DNA of 64,000 nt from an uncultured candidate division Zixibacteria bacterium (GTDB lineage Bacteria > Zixibacteria > MSB-5A5 > GN15 > FEB-12): NCBI GenBank assembly GCA_963664195.1, contig OY760907.1:640001-704000 (forward strand), in the 5' to 3' direction. A program made the position numbers and the translations under genes. This document shows positions 29,262 through 39,637 of this stretch, one piece after another. The notes below the pieces were generated by a model that searched no databases, was not told the origin of the DNA, and saw nothing but the letters and a program-made list of their open reading frames with translations. Positions within the stretch are counted from its first letter, which is position 1, and each line of letters opens with the position of its first letter.

Positions 29262-30443
29262 ATGAACAAGTGCCTCGTAAAAGCGAGCATCGTGCTGGCA
29301 ATCGCACTGCTTCTGACCGCAGGCGTTATGGCCGACGACAAACCGTCGCTGGAACTTGATTGGTATGGCTACGTGAAGGCTGACGCGTCGTACGATCAGA
29401 ACCTGACCAGCCACGGAAATTTCGCCATGTGGGTAAAACCGCTTCAGACGGCGGATGATGATGCCCAGTTCAATATGACTGCTAACCAGACTCGTCTCGG
29501 CATAAACGCCTCCGGCAAGGGATACGAAAAAGTTGGTATCAGCGGCAAGGTCGAGTTCGATCTATACGGCGGTGTCACCGGCGCCACCGTGGCCCAGAAT
29601 AAGGCGATGCTACAGCTTCGCCACGCTTATTTCACCGTAAAATCGGGCGACTTCCAATTGCTAGCCGGTCAGTCCTGGGATCTTATCTCACCGCTGAACC
29701 CGTCCACTTTGAACTACCCGGTCCTCTGGGGCTGCGGCAACGCGCAGTACCGTCGCCCGCAGGTAAGTATGTTCTACACGCTGCATCCGGGAACACAGAC
29801 CAACGCCACGCTCGCCGGCGGTTTCTTCCGCACTATCGGCAATGACCTGACCCCGACACTCAGTCTGGCCACCGAAGTCGCGGATGCGACTGATGACGGC
29901 ACTGATGCCGCTATCCCGACTTTCCAGGGTCGCCTGGATGTCACGCACAAGTTCTCCTCCGGCGCCAAACTGCGGTTTGGTATCTCCGGACTCTACGGCA
30001 AGATGGAGGCCGACGGCAGCCTGGGGACCAGCGAAGAGTATGAAAGCTCCGGCGTGTTTGGCCATTTCATGCTGTCCTTCGCTCAGGGCTTCGGCGTCTC
30101 CGGTGAAGCTTTCACCGGCTCGAACCTCGGCGGTTACTTTGGCGGTATCGCCAATGCCAGCCGTATCGACGGTCTCGATGCCACTGGCGGATGGGCCTCA
30201 CTCTGGGTCTCCCCGCACAAGAAAGTCAAGTTCACCGGCGGCTTTGGCATCGACGATCCTGACGATGCTGACCTGAGTGCCGGTGCGCGTGGCAAGAACA
30301 GTTGCTACTTCGGAAACGTAAATTACGCTATTGTTCCGCAAGTGTCATTCGGTGTTGAGCTGTCGCAGTGGAAAACCGAATACGTGGAAGGTGACGCGGC
30401 TGAATCCCTCAGGGCGCAGTCGTCGTTCACTCTGAGCTTCTAG
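29262..30443 (+). CDS. Outer-membrane porin (DcaP-like)
   Basis: Signal peptide, YGYVKAD, QTRLG, QLRHAY, LLAGQSW, terminal Phe. Confidence 0.75.
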   Translation: MNKCLVKASIVLAIALLLTAGVMADDKPSLELDWYGYVKADASYDQNLTSHGNFAMWVKPLQTADDDAQFNMTANQTRLGINASGKGYEKVGISGKVEFDLYGGVTGATVAQNKAMLQLRHAYFTVKSGDFQLLAGQSWDLISPLNPSTLNYPVLWGCGNAQYRRPQVSMFYTLHPGTQTNATLAGGFFRTIGNDLTPTLSLATEVADATDDGTDAAIPTFQGRLDVTHKFSSGAKLRFGISGLYGKMEADGSLGTSEEYESSGVFGHFMLSFAQGFGVSGEAFTGSNLGGYFGGIANASRIDGLDATGGWASLWVSPHKKVKFTGGFGIDDPDDADLSAGARGKNSCYFGNVNYAIVPQVSFGVELSQWKTEYVEGDAAESLRAQSSFTLSF

Positions 30444-30461
30444 TTTACGCTCAAGTTCTAT

Positions 30462-30502
30462 CCGGTCATCGTTCTCATGAGTTCGGTGGCCGGTTTTTTT
30501 TT
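30462..30502 (+). terminator. Rho-independent terminator
   Basis: CCGGTCATCG...CGGTGGCCGG followed by T9. Confidence 0.8.
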
Positions 30503-30615
30503 GCTGCCTTCCTCACGAGGCGAACCTCCCCCCTGGCAATCATGATTCTCCAATACGGGCTGCGACACAACACAATCCCGGTCAACCACTTGGTGAGCAT
30601 CGACCCACATTTCGG

Positions 30616-30644
30616 TTGACTTTCGAGACCCGGATGACTATGTT
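30616..30644 (+). promoter_or_regulatory. Putative sigma70 promoter for the RRM gene, implying a ~175-nt leader
   Basis: TTGACT-N17-TATGTT. Confidence 0.5.
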
Positions 30645-30825
30645 ACCTGCGATAATGTTACACCTGTTTATGTGATCATCAAGATTTGCTCTATCACAAC
30701 CAATTCTTTGACAATCATTTTTCGGGACAAAGTGCGCCTATGAGCGCAGCAACGAGTTTATTCGGGTACGCTATTTCCGTACGGGTGCGGGTTCTGCTGA
30801 CCGATAAACACATTCTGGAGGTAGA

Positions 30826-31104
30826 ATGAATATCTACGTCGGCAACTTACCGTTTAGCGCCACGGACGAAGAGCTCCGTGATGCTTTCTCCGCGCATGGA
30901 GAAGTAACCCGAGTCAACATCATCAAAGACAAGTTCTCTGGTGAATCCCGCGGTTTCGGCTTTGTCGAAATGGCGCAGCAGGACGAGGGCGAGGCAGCCA
31001 TCGCAGCCCTGAACGGCACCGAGCTGGGCGGACGCACGTTGAACATCAACGTTGCCCGCGAGCGCGAGAACCGTGGTGGCGGCGGCGGACGCGGCCGTTA
31101 CTAG
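30826..31104 (+). CDS. RNA-binding protein (RRM) with Gly-rich tail
   Basis: RNP2 IYVGNL, RNP1 [16 protein letters not shown]. Confidence 0.95.
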   Translation: MNIYVGNLPFSATDEELRDAFSAHGEVTRVNIIKDKFSGESRGFGFVEMAQQDEGEAAIAALNGTELGGRTLNINVARERENRGGGGGRGRY

Positions 31105-31125
31105 TCGCTAATGCAATTCAAACAC

Positions 31126-31156
31126 AAGAGGGACGCCTTACCGGCGTCCCTTTCTT
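31126..31156. terminator. Hairpin terminator between the RRM gene and phoU
   Basis: AAGAGGGACGCC-TTACC-GGCGTCCCTTTCTT. Confidence 0.75.
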
Positions 31157-31176
31157 ATTCCTACTACCGGGATATG

Positions 31177-31842
31177 CTACACGTCGTTGCCCCGGTGGCG
31201 GACAATGTCGCCCTCTACCATGTATATCACGTCCTCCGCGATATTGGTCGCGTGGTCCCCGATCCGTTCAAGATTCCTCGACACACTCAACAGGTTCAGC
31301 AGATACTCGACCGCGTCCGGCTGTTCGGCAATCTTCTCCCGTACCGCCGTGAAGGCCTGGGCCCGCAAGTCATCGAGATCGTCATCTTCGATTAATACCC
31401 TGCGCGCTATCTGCGGATCCATCGCCACGAGGGCATCGGAAGACCGTCTGACCATGTCGACTGCCAACCGAAGCATTTCGGCCAGATCGAACGGCACCGG
31501 TACGCGTTTGTGAGTGCGTCCCAGAGCCGCCGCACGCTGGGAGATGTTCACGGCAAGATCGCCGATGCGTTCCAGATCGTTGTTGATCTTCAGCACGGCA
31601 ATGATGAAACGCAAGTCGATAGCGACCGGCTGGTAGAGCGCGAGAATCTTGAGGACTTCCTCCTCCACCTCGACCTCGTACTGATCGATCTCGTCATCCT
31701 TTGCGACCACGGCTGCGGCCAGGTCAACGTCTCGCTCAGTGATTGCCTTGACGGCTGCGCGAAGGTTCTCCTCGACCATGGCGGTCAGGTGAAGAATCAT
31801 TTTCTTCAGCCGTTCGGTCTGCATGTGATATCGTTTGGTCAT
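31177..31842 (-). CDS. phoU: Phosphate signalling protein PhoU
   Basis: QPVAIDLR, DLERIGD and NLERIGDHATNIAE repeats. Confidence 0.95.
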   Translation of the reverse strand: MTKRYHMQTERLKKMILHLTAMVEENLRAAVKAITERDVDLAAAVVAKDDEIDQYEVEVEEEVLKILALYQPVAIDLRFIIAVLKINNDLERIGDLAVNISQRAAALGRTHKRVPVPFDLAEMLRLAVDMVRRSSDALVAMDPQIARRVLIEDDDLDDLRAQAFTAVREKIAEQPDAVEYLLNLLSVSRNLERIGDHATNIAEDVIYMVEGDIVRHRGNDV

Positions 31843-31855
31843 ATTCGTATGTTCC

Positions 31856-32695
31856 TCATCCAAACCGTCCGGTGATATAATCCTCAGTTCGTTTCTGATC
31901 GGGTTTGGTGAAAATCTTGTTGGTTGGACCGACTTCAATGAGCTTGCCCTCGTAGAAGAACGCGGTGTTGTCGGCCACACGCCCGGCCTGTTGCATGTTG
32001 TGCGTTACAATGACAATCGTATGCTCTTTTTTCAGTTCGCCGACAAGATCCTCGATCTTGGAGGTCGAGATCGGGTCAAGCGCCGAGGCCGGTTCATCCA
32101 TCAGGAGAACTTCCGGCTGGATCGCCAGTGCCCTTGCGATGCAGAGTCGTTGTTGCTGTCCGCCTGAGAGCATGTAGGCACTCTGGTTCAGCTTGTCTTT
32201 GACTTCCTCCCAGAGAAAGGCCTTCTTGATTGTCTCTTCGACAGCCTCGGCAATGAGGTAGTTGTCTTTGATGCCGTTGACGCGAAGTCCGTAGGCTACA
32301 TTCTCGAAAATCGATTTAGGAAACGGGTTGGATTTCTGGAACACCATTCCGACGCGAGTGCGAAGCGTGGAGACATCCTTCACGTCGCGATAGACATCAA
32401 TGTCGTCAAGTGTGACCGTACCTTCGACGCGGATGCCGGGGATCGTGTCGTTCATCCGATTGAGCGTCCGGAGAAACGTTGACTTGCCGCAGCCCGAGGG
32501 GCCAATGAGCCCCATGACCTCGTTTTTGTTGATTGTCAGGCTGATATCGTACAGCGCCTGGTGGGCACCGTAGAAGAAATTCAACCCGGTCGTTTCCATT
32601 TTTGGAATTGCCTTGTGACTTCCCTTGCTGTCGGGTGCCGTAACCTTCCCCGGTCGGGAGTTCAGCCGGACGGTCCCTGGTTGTTGATTAGACAT
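31856..32695 (-). CDS. pstB: Phosphate ABC transporter ATPase
   Basis: [37 protein letters not shown]. Confidence 0.96.
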   Translation of the reverse strand: MSNQQPGTVRLNSRPGKVTAPDSKGSHKAIPKMETTGLNFFYGAHQALYDISLTINKNEVMGLIGPSGCGKSTFLRTLNRMNDTIPGIRVEGTVTLDDIDVYRDVKDVSTLRTRVGMVFQKSNPFPKSIFENVAYGLRVNGIKDNYLIAEAVEETIKKAFLWEEVKDKLNQSAYMLSGGQQQRLCIARALAIQPEVLLMDEPASALDPISTSKIEDLVGELKKEHTIVIVTHNMQQAGRVADNTAFFYEGKLIEVGPTNKIFTKPDQKRTEDYITGRFG

Positions 32696-33656
32696 TGACA
32701 CGTTTCGCTCTCATTCTGGACCGCAGCAGAACGGCCGTGAAGTTCAGCATAAAGGTCAGCAGCAACAGCACCAGCACGGTGCCGTACAGAATCGGCTTGG
32801 TAGCCTCGATATCCGGCGACTGAGTTGCCATGACGTAAATATGATACCCCAACTCCATGAACTGGTCATTGAGTTTGCCGGGAAGATAGGGCAGGTAATA
32901 TGCCGCGCCGGTGAACATGATCGGGGCCACCTCACCGGCACCGCGACTCACCGCCAGAATTGCGCCGGTCAGTATTCCGGGCATGGCCTGCGGCAATATC
33001 ACTCGCCTGATAGTCTGAAGTTTCGTAGCCCCGAGCGCGTAGCTTGCCTCTTTCAACTCACGCGGGATAGAGCGCAGTGCCTCTTCCGTGGCCACGATCA
33101 CCACCGGCAGGGTCAGTATGGATAAAGTGAGCGAGGCCCAGATTATCGCCGGCTGCCCCCACACAGGACCTTCATTGGCGAAGAACAACGAGTCCAAACC
33201 GCCGCCGAGAAACCCGATAAAAAAGCCGAGGCCAAACAGGCCGAACACAATCGAGGGCACACCGGCGAGGTTGTTAATAGCCAATCTGATGATTCGCGTG
33301 ACAAGCGAATCGGCTCGTGTGTATTCGTGCAAGAAGATCGCGGTAAGCACACCGACGGGTACCACCGCCACCGTCATCAGGATAACGAGGGCCACCGTCC
33401 CGAAAATAGCTGGAAAGATACCGCCGCCCTCCATGCCGTTCTCCGGCGGAGACGACAGAAATTCCCAGCTTATAATTCCGATACCGCCCACAATCACATT
33501 GCCGAGAATCACTACCAGCATGGCTATAATGATCAGTGCGGCAAGCAGGGTCAGACCGCGGGGAATCACTCCTCTGGATTTGGGCGACAGATTGATCTTG
33601 ACGGCTCCCTTCTTGGGGGCGGGCGTCACTGAGGGCATAGCAACGTCGGACATCAC
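32688..33656 (-). CDS. pstA: Phosphate ABC transporter permease
   Basis: [32 protein letters not shown]. Confidence 0.94.
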   Translation of the reverse strand: MMSDVAMPSVTPAPKKGAVKINLSPKSRGVIPRGLTLLAALIIIAMLVVILGNVIVGGIGIISWEFLSSPPENGMEGGGIFPAIFGTVALVILMTVAVVPVGVLTAIFLHEYTRADSLVTRIIRLAINNLAGVPSIVFGLFGLGFFIGFLGGGLDSLFFANEGPVWGQPAIIWASLTLSILTLPVVIVATEEALRSIPRELKEASYALGATKLQTIRRVILPQAMPGILTGAILAVSRGAGEVAPIMFTGAAYYLPYLPGKLNDQFMELGYHIYVMATQSPDIEATKPILYGTVLVLLLLTFMLNFTAVLLRSRMRAKRVNV

Positions 33657-34612
33657 TTGAGGCTCCCCTGGAATCTGACCTTCAACTTCTCAAGGATAAC
33701 ATCGCCAGTCAGGTTGATCAAGAAAGTAAAGATAAACAGAATCGTTCCAAGCAGGAACAGGACGCTGTAATGTGCTCCCCCGAAGACCACTTCGGCCAAC
33801 TCGGCGGCGATAGTCGCAGAAATCGTTCGTATGGAGTCGGCGATGTCCGGCGATATAATCGCGGCGTTTCCTGAGGCCATCAGAACGATCATCGTTTCGC
33901 CGATAGCGCGTCCGAAACCAAGTACCACCCCCGAGGCTATTCCGGGCATCGCTGCCGGCAACACTACTGAGAGCGAGACCTGCCACGGTGTAGCACCGAG
34001 CGCCAGACCGGCGTCGCGAAGCGACTGCGGCACGGTTGTCATGGCGTCCTCTGCAACTGTGAACACAATCGGTATCACCGACAATCCGAGGGCCACGCCC
34101 GCCGTAGTCGCATTAAGCCTGAAGACAAACCCGAACAAGTCCTGCATGATACTTGCGAGCACAATCAGCGCAAAGAACCCTAAAACTACAGAGGGTATCC
34201 CGGCTAACATTTCGATAACGGGTTTCAGCACCTCTCTCATTCGCTTGGAAGCAAATTCAGCGGAGTAAATCGCCGCCCCGACTCCCAGCGGCACCGCAAA
34301 GAGCATGGCAATAAGTGCAGCCTTTATCGTGCCGATAGCGAGCGGCAGGAGCGAGTACTTGGGCACGTCGGAGTTTGGCTGCCAGGAGAATTTCGCTTCA
34401 CGCCCTTCGATCCACTCCTGCTTGAAGGTCATCTTCTCAAGCGTCACTTCATCCTGGATTTCCAGATCAGTGAAGATCGGAATTGATTCTTTGAAGATGA
34501 ACGTAAATATCAGCAAAATCGCTAACACTGCTCCAAGAGCGTTAATAGCGATAAACTTCTCGCCCGTGAATTCGAGAAACTTGGACTTGGGTTTGAATCG
34601 AAGTTTTGTCAT
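33653..34612 (-). CDS. pstC: Phosphate ABC transporter permease
   Basis: EMLAGIPSVV, GRAIGETM. Confidence 0.94.
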   Translation of the reverse strand: MTKLRFKPKSKFLEFTGEKFIAINALGAVLAILLIFTFIFKESIPIFTDLEIQDEVTLEKMTFKQEWIEGREAKFSWQPNSDVPKYSLLPLAIGTIKAALIAMLFAVPLGVGAAIYSAEFASKRMREVLKPVIEMLAGIPSVVLGFFALIVLASIMQDLFGFVFRLNATTAGVALGLSVIPIVFTVAEDAMTTVPQSLRDAGLALGATPWQVSLSVVLPAAMPGIASGVVLGFGRAIGETMIVLMASGNAAIISPDIADSIRTISATIAAELAEVVFGGAHYSVLFLLGTILFIFTFLINLTGDVILEKLKVRFQGSLK

Positions 34613-34633
34613 GGCTAACCTTCAATGCGAGGA

Positions 34634-34657
34634 CGGGGAGAGGTCACGCTCTCCCCG
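34634..34657 (-). other. Intercistronic hairpin between pstS and pstC (mRNA stabiliser or partial terminator)
   Basis: CGGGGAGAG-N6-CTCTCCCCG, no U-tract. Confidence 0.6.
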
Positions 34658-34685
34658 CCGGCGCATCAATGGAAGGAGGTATTCC

Positions 34686-35537
34686 TTAGTCAATCATGTT
34701 CTTTTTGGCCATCTCTGGAGACAGCGGAACGTAACCCATGTCTTCGCTGACTTTCTGCCCCTCCGGCGACAGCGCCCAGTTGACGAGCTTCTTCAGTTCA
34801 CCGGTCGGTTTGCCGTTGAAGAACCAGTAGAGGTCGCGGGAAATCGGGTAAGCACCGTTGGAAACGGTCTCAACCGTCGGTTCAATCGCGGCAGTCTTGT
34901 CGTCTTTCTTTACTCTGGCATACTTGACACCCTTGGCCCAGGCGATGCCGCCGTAGCCGATGCCGTTGACATCTTTGGCAACCGCGTTCACAACCGCCGC
35001 CGTACCCGGCAGAGTCTGCGTGTAAGCGGCATAGTCTTCTTTCTCCAGGACGTGTTCCTTAAAGAACGCGTACGTGCCGGAATTGTTCTCGCGGCCGTAG
35101 ACGATAATCCTGGCGTCCGATCCGCCAACTTCTTTCCAATTGGTGATGGCACCCGTGTAAATACCCTTCAATTGGGGCAGAGACAGCTCTGTGATCGGAC
35201 AGGCTTCGTTCAGGAAAACAGCGATACCGTCGAGGGCGACAGAAACGCGATACGGTTTCAATCCCGCCTTCTCGGCCAGTTTGTGCTCCTTGGCCTTCAT
35301 GTCACGTGAGGCCTCGCAGATATCCGTGGAACCGTTAAGCAGCGCGGCAATTCCGGTGCCCGAACCGCCGCCTGAGACCTGGATCACAACGCCCTCGTTC
35401 AACTTCATGTACTCTTCAGCCCAGCGCTGCCCCAAACGGACGAGCGTATCAGAACCTTTGATGGTAATGCTTCCGCTGGCGGCAACCAAGCCGAACGCAG
35501 CCAGGACAATCATACTTGCGAACCAAAACTTCTTCAT
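34686..35537 (-). CDS. pstS: Phosphate-binding protein
   Basis: Signal peptide, KGSDT, GGGSGTG, RENNSGT, YPISR. Confidence 0.94.
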   Translation of the reverse strand: MKKFWFASMIVLAAFGLVAASGSITIKGSDTLVRLGQRWAEEYMKLNEGVVIQVSGGGSGTGIAALLNGSTDICEASRDMKAKEHKLAEKAGLKPYRVSVALDGIAVFLNEACPITELSLPQLKGIYTGAITNWKEVGGSDARIIVYGRENNSGTYAFFKEHVLEKEDYAAYTQTLPGTAAVVNAVAKDVNGIGYGGIAWAKGVKYARVKKDDKTAAIEPTVETVSNGAYPISRDLYWFFNGKPTGELKKLVNWALSPEGQKVSEDMGYVPLSPEMAKKNMID

Positions 35538-35580
35538 TTTTATCCTCCAGTTAATCCTTGATCAAGGGAACTGAATAATT

Positions 35581-35607
35581 GTTAGCTTTTTGTTAGAGCG
35601 CGGTTAG
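35581..35607 (-). promoter_or_regulatory. Candidate Pho box upstream of pstS
   Basis: GTTAG on plus strand at 35581, 35592 and 35603: exact 11-bp period (CTAAC on coding strand). Confidence 0.75.
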
Positions 35608-35625
35608 TTTTCGATTCGAGCAATC

Positions 35626-36753
35626 TCAGAACTTCAGTTGCAGGTCAAGCTGCATCCGGTTGAAATCCTTCTCTCCGGCATCAAGGCCAATCTTGTTGAT
35701 GAAATAGCTCGCGTTAAACGCGGCATTCTTAGCCAGCACCAGTGAGCCACCAAGCTCGTGGCCTTTGGCATCGGTGCCGCCGCCACGGAAATCTGAGTCG
35801 GTAAAATTGCCCACTACCGCGTCTTTTTCGACCTCACGGTAGTTATAACGAAATGCCCAGGAACCCGGCTTACTGGCCTTGCCGATATGCAGGCCTACAA
35901 GCCAGCCGGTATTGACGCTGTCTGCGGCAGTGTTGGTAACGTAGTCACCCATGACCGTCACCGGCACTTTGTCGAACTTGTGTGTGAACTCGCCGTACAG
36001 CTCCACCAGATCGAAGTCGTTGGCGTAGAAGTAGCTTGAGACGTAGCTGGTGTCATCACTGTTGCCTATTACGGTATCAATGATCACGCTGGTCGAGTTA
36101 CCCTGGAAATCATCGTCGTAGAAGGCCCCGTAGCCTTCGGTATTAACGTAGTTGAAATAACCTCCGCCAAAGGCAAAGCTGGATTTGTCGTCTAGTTTCA
36201 CTTTCAGGACGCCCTGTGCGGCTCCCATCCAGGAATCCTTGCCAGATGACCGCTCGTCGATCCAGAGTCCGGCACCGATCAAATTGATCGTCACCTTGTC
36301 AAGTTCGTGAGTGAACGAAATAGTGCCGCCTTCGGGGTTGAGGTCTGAGTCCCAGATGAGTTCGGACTGTCCCGGCTTGAAGAACGGGTTTTTGAACTTG
36401 CCGCCCTTCAGTACGACTCCCGGAAGAGCCGGATGTTTCGCCTCAAAATAGGCCATATCAACGCCAATACCTTTGGTCGAAAAAGCGCCGTCAAGAGTCT
36501 GATTGGTCGAGACCGGATCATCTGAGCCGGTGGCCAACTGCAAACCTGCCCGCATGTATTCGTTCACTTCGCCGTACACACCGAGACGGACGCGGATACG
36601 CTGCCGGTGGCGAACGTCTTTGTCCGCCTCATCTATCATCTCGTGGCGATACCGAAGATCTCCCTTGACCTTTATCGTTTCCCACCAATTGGCGGCCGAG
36701 GCCATCCCGCTGAACATCAGAACCGTGAGGGCTGTCAGTACCATGGTCTTCAT
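35626..36753 (-). CDS. Putative porin within the pho cluster
   Basis: Signal peptide, GDLRYRHE, RxRIRxRLG, LATG..DPVSTNQTL, terminal DLQLKF. Confidence 0.8.
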   Translation of the reverse strand: MKTMVLTALTVLMFSGMASAANWWETIKVKGDLRYRHEMIDEADKDVRHRQRIRVRLGVYGEVNEYMRAGLQLATGSDDPVSTNQTLDGAFSTKGIGVDMAYFEAKHPALPGVVLKGGKFKNPFFKPGQSELIWDSDLNPEGGTISFTHELDKVTINLIGAGLWIDERSSGKDSWMGAAQGVLKVKLDDKSSFAFGGGYFNYVNTEGYGAFYDDDFQGNSTSVIIDTVIGNSDDTSYVSSYFYANDFDLVELYGEFTHKFDKVPVTVMGDYVTNTAADSVNTGWLVGLHIGKASKPGSWAFRYNYREVEKDAVVGNFTDSDFRGGGTDAKGHELGGSLVLAKNAAFNASYFINKIGLDAGEKDFNRMQLDLQLKF

Positions 36754-36866
36754 TGGATTAGTTCCTTCCCTGTCTTCCACTGTCGTAATTTTCAAGTCTG
36801 TACACAATTCGTGTTAATTGCATGCCAAATTGCATGTCGCTGTCAGGCAGATTAAACCACGTCAAT

Positions 36867-36904
36867 ATTAGGATTGTGTTAGCGAGTGATTAGGTGATTG
36901 TCAC
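36867..36904 (-). promoter_or_regulatory. Candidate Pho box upstream of the porin
   Basis: ATTAG 36867, GTTAG 36878, ATTAG 36889, GTCAC 36900: 11-bp period. Confidence 0.7.
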
Positions 36905-36979
36905 ATTCGCGCGAATGCCAGCAACTTCTCACACGAACTGCAACCGGGACCAGCCCCCTTGTCCCTGACAGTCAGCCTT

Positions 36980-38758
36980 TTACGCTTTGAGCGGCAGATG
37001 GATTCTGAATACGGAGCCTTGACCAGGAGTCGATTCGACATCCACAAACCCACCGTGCGCAAGCGCCGTGTGTTTGACAATAGCCAGACCGAGACCGGTA
37101 CCGCCAACCTCGCGGGATCTGGCTTTGTCTACCCGGTAAAACCGCTCGAACAGGCGAGCAAGGTGCTGCTCCGCTATACCGCTTCCCTGGTCTATGACTG
37201 AAATCACAGCTTTGTCGTCAAGCTTCTCGACTGTTACCCGAACAGTTGAGTCTTCGCCGCTGTACTTTATGGCATTATCGACGAGGTTGATCACCGCCTG
37301 CTCAAGATATCGTGAATTGACCCGGGCGTTCACGGATTGGCAGTCTTCAGACTCGAGTGTGATTCTTCGCGCTGTGGCGCGGGGTGCACAGACCTGCAGT
37401 GCGTTGCGAACAACTGATTTCAGATCTCCGGGCAGCAGTTCAATCTCGTCACCGTCGGCTTCCTTCTCGATACGCGATAGAGACAGGAGATCGTCGACTA
37501 TGGAGCTCAACCGATGAGTCTGCTTAACGATGATTTCCAGAAATCGCTCTGCGTCCTCGGGTGAGTTGATCGCGCCGTCCTGCAGGGTTTCCACAAAACC
37601 GCGGATTGCCGTAATCGGCGTTTTTAGCTCGTGAGATACGTTGGCCACAAACTCCTGCCTGATCGATTCAAGTCGTCGAAGTCTCGTGGAGTCGTTCAGT
37701 ACAATCACCGCACCGGACCGCTTGCCCTCAGCATCCCTGAGCACTGAGCCGTGGACACGAAGGTACCGCTGGCGCACGCCCTCGATCGCAATCTCGGCTT
37801 CAATCGGCTCTACACAGTCCAGCGCTCGCGAGGCGAAGCTGTTCAGGTCAGCGTTGCGCATGACCTCCTGCACCGAACGGCCCTTGGCCCACGACTTCTC
37901 AACATCAAATATAACAGCCGCCGCATCGTTGAGATTAATGATGCGCTCATTGCCGTCGATGGCGACAACCCCCTCAGTCATGGAAGCTAGAACCGCCTCC
38001 TGTTCATTGCGCTGTCTGGCAATCGTGTCTATTCGTTCGTTGAGCTGGGTCGCCATGTGGTTCATGGAATTGGCCAGCGTGTCGATTTCTTCTATATCAG
38101 GTGCTGCCAATCGAGTATGCAGCTCGCCCCGGGCGAACAAGTCAGCACCATGCGTCAGCTCGCGGAGAGGGGAACTGATTCGACGGAATATAAGCAAACT
38201 GATAAGCGTGGCCACAACGACAATGAGCAACCCTCCCAAGGCGACTTTAGCATTGAGTGATGATAATTCCTCATCGATGGATGTCACGGGAATCGACGTT
38301 CGCAATACGCCGACAATCTTGCCGTCAAGATTAAGCGGCACCGCCAGATACATCATGTTCTTCTGAAGCGTATTACTGTACCGACTGCTGGTACCAATCC
38401 CCCCCAGCAGTGCCTGGAGGATTTCCGGTCGACGGCCGTGGTTTTCCATCTCAGCGGGATTTTCGTCACTATCGCCAAGCACGAGCCCCTTCATATCGGT
38501 CACGGTAACACGAGTTCCTGATCGCTGGCCGAGGTCCTTGCAGAGCAAATCCAGTCTTGCCGAATCCCCATCTTCCAGAATTTGGAGTGCGTCTCCTTCG
38601 ATCAGACGGGCTTCGGCCTTCAGAGTCGAAACCACACTATCGGTATAAACGGTTCGCATTTTCTGAGTTGCATACAGCCACACGGCCAGGATGGCGGCAA
38701 AAATAATCAGCAAATAATAGGGGTAGACTGTCCAAAGAAGCTTTTTGCGTGCCATCAT
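36980..38758 (-). CDS. phoR: Phosphate regulon sensor kinase
   Basis: TM-periplasmic-HAMP-PAS, EFVANVSHELKTP, FERFYRVDKARSR, GTGLGL; pst context. Confidence 0.9.
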   Translation of the reverse strand: MMARKKLLWTVYPYYLLIIFAAILAVWLYATQKMRTVYTDSVVSTLKAEARLIEGDALQILEDGDSARLDLLCKDLGQRSGTRVTVTDMKGLVLGDSDENPAEMENHGRRPEILQALLGGIGTSSRYSNTLQKNMMYLAVPLNLDGKIVGVLRTSIPVTSIDEELSSLNAKVALGGLLIVVVATLISLLIFRRISSPLRELTHGADLFARGELHTRLAAPDIEEIDTLANSMNHMATQLNERIDTIARQRNEQEAVLASMTEGVVAIDGNERIINLNDAAAVIFDVEKSWAKGRSVQEVMRNADLNSFASRALDCVEPIEAEIAIEGVRQRYLRVHGSVLRDAEGKRSGAVIVLNDSTRLRRLESIRQEFVANVSHELKTPITAIRGFVETLQDGAINSPEDAERFLEIIVKQTHRLSSIVDDLLSLSRIEKEADGDEIELLPGDLKSVVRNALQVCAPRATARRITLESEDCQSVNARVNSRYLEQAVINLVDNAIKYSGEDSTVRVTVEKLDDKAVISVIDQGSGIAEQHLARLFERFYRVDKARSREVGGTGLGLAIVKHTALAHGGFVDVESTPGQGSVFRIHLPLKA

Positions 38759-39444
38759 ATCTCCCGAAACTTGTAACCGACACCACGGACGGTTTCAATG
38801 TAAGTACCGAACTCACCGAGTTTCTTGCGTAGACCGACCACCTGAACGTCAATGGCGCGATCGGTGATGATCACTTCATCGCCACGGACTTCATCCATAA
38901 GTTGATTGCGAGAGAACACCCAGCCCGGACGTCTGGCAAGAACCGTCAGCAATTGAAACTCGGTCGGAGTAAGATTGACACAGTCACCGGCTACTTTGAC
39001 CTCATGACGACCCGCATCTATGGTAATCTCTCCGGCCTTGATGAAAGCATCTCCCTCCTCGACGCTTGCCTTCTGTCTCCTCAGAGCGGCCCTGACGCGG
39101 GCGACCAGCACTCTGGGACTGAACGGTTTGGTTATGTAATCGTCAGCACCTACTTCGAGACCGCTGACGATGTCAGCCTCTTCGGACCGGGCAGTCATCA
39201 TGATCACGGGAATCGGCCGCGTTTGCTTGTCAACTTTCAGTTCCCGACAAACGTCCATCCCCCCGCGCTCAGGGAGCATAATGTCAAGGAGGATCAAGTC
39301 GGGGAGCAGTTTCCTGGCCATAGTCAACCCCAGTTCGCCGGTTGACGCGGACTCAACGCGGTATCCCTCTCGTTCAAGATTGAACCTCAGCAGCTCTACG
39401 ATGTCACTCTCGTCTTCGACTACAAGTATTTGGGCTGGAGCCAT
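38755..39444 (-). CDS. phoB: Phosphate regulon response regulator (OmpR family)
   Basis: REC plus wHTH, GADDYITKPFS, IETVRGVGY; coupled to phoR. Confidence 0.88.
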   Translation of the reverse strand: MAPAQILVVEDESDIVELLRFNLEREGYRVESASTGELGLTMARKLLPDLILLDIMLPERGGMDVCRELKVDKQTRPIPVIMMTARSEEADIVSGLEVGADDYITKPFSPRVLVARVRAALRRQKASVEEGDAFIKAGEITIDAGRHEVKVAGDCVNLTPTEFQLLTVLARRPGWVFSRNQLMDEVRGDEVIITDRAIDVQVVGLRKKLGEFGTYIETVRGVGYKFREI

Positions 39445-39637
39445 GCGATTCCTTTGCCTGCGAGTTTGCTATGAATATAAACATTCCGTGCGAAGCGGTG
39501 CAACGTCAAACTGGAACGAATAGGCTCCCGCCGAGATTCTGTCTTGCAAATCGAACAATAATAGACGTATTTGGTTCCGGATGGGCAACAGCTGCCCCTT
39601 TTGGAATCGCAAACGGTGTCACTGAGGTTCAGTGGAT

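Noticed and set aside
34305..35309. 334-aa plus-strand ORF and similar long antisense ORFs (e.g. 59100-59840, 37641-38366)
   Set aside because: Shadows of well-supported opposite-strand genes in GC-rich DNA
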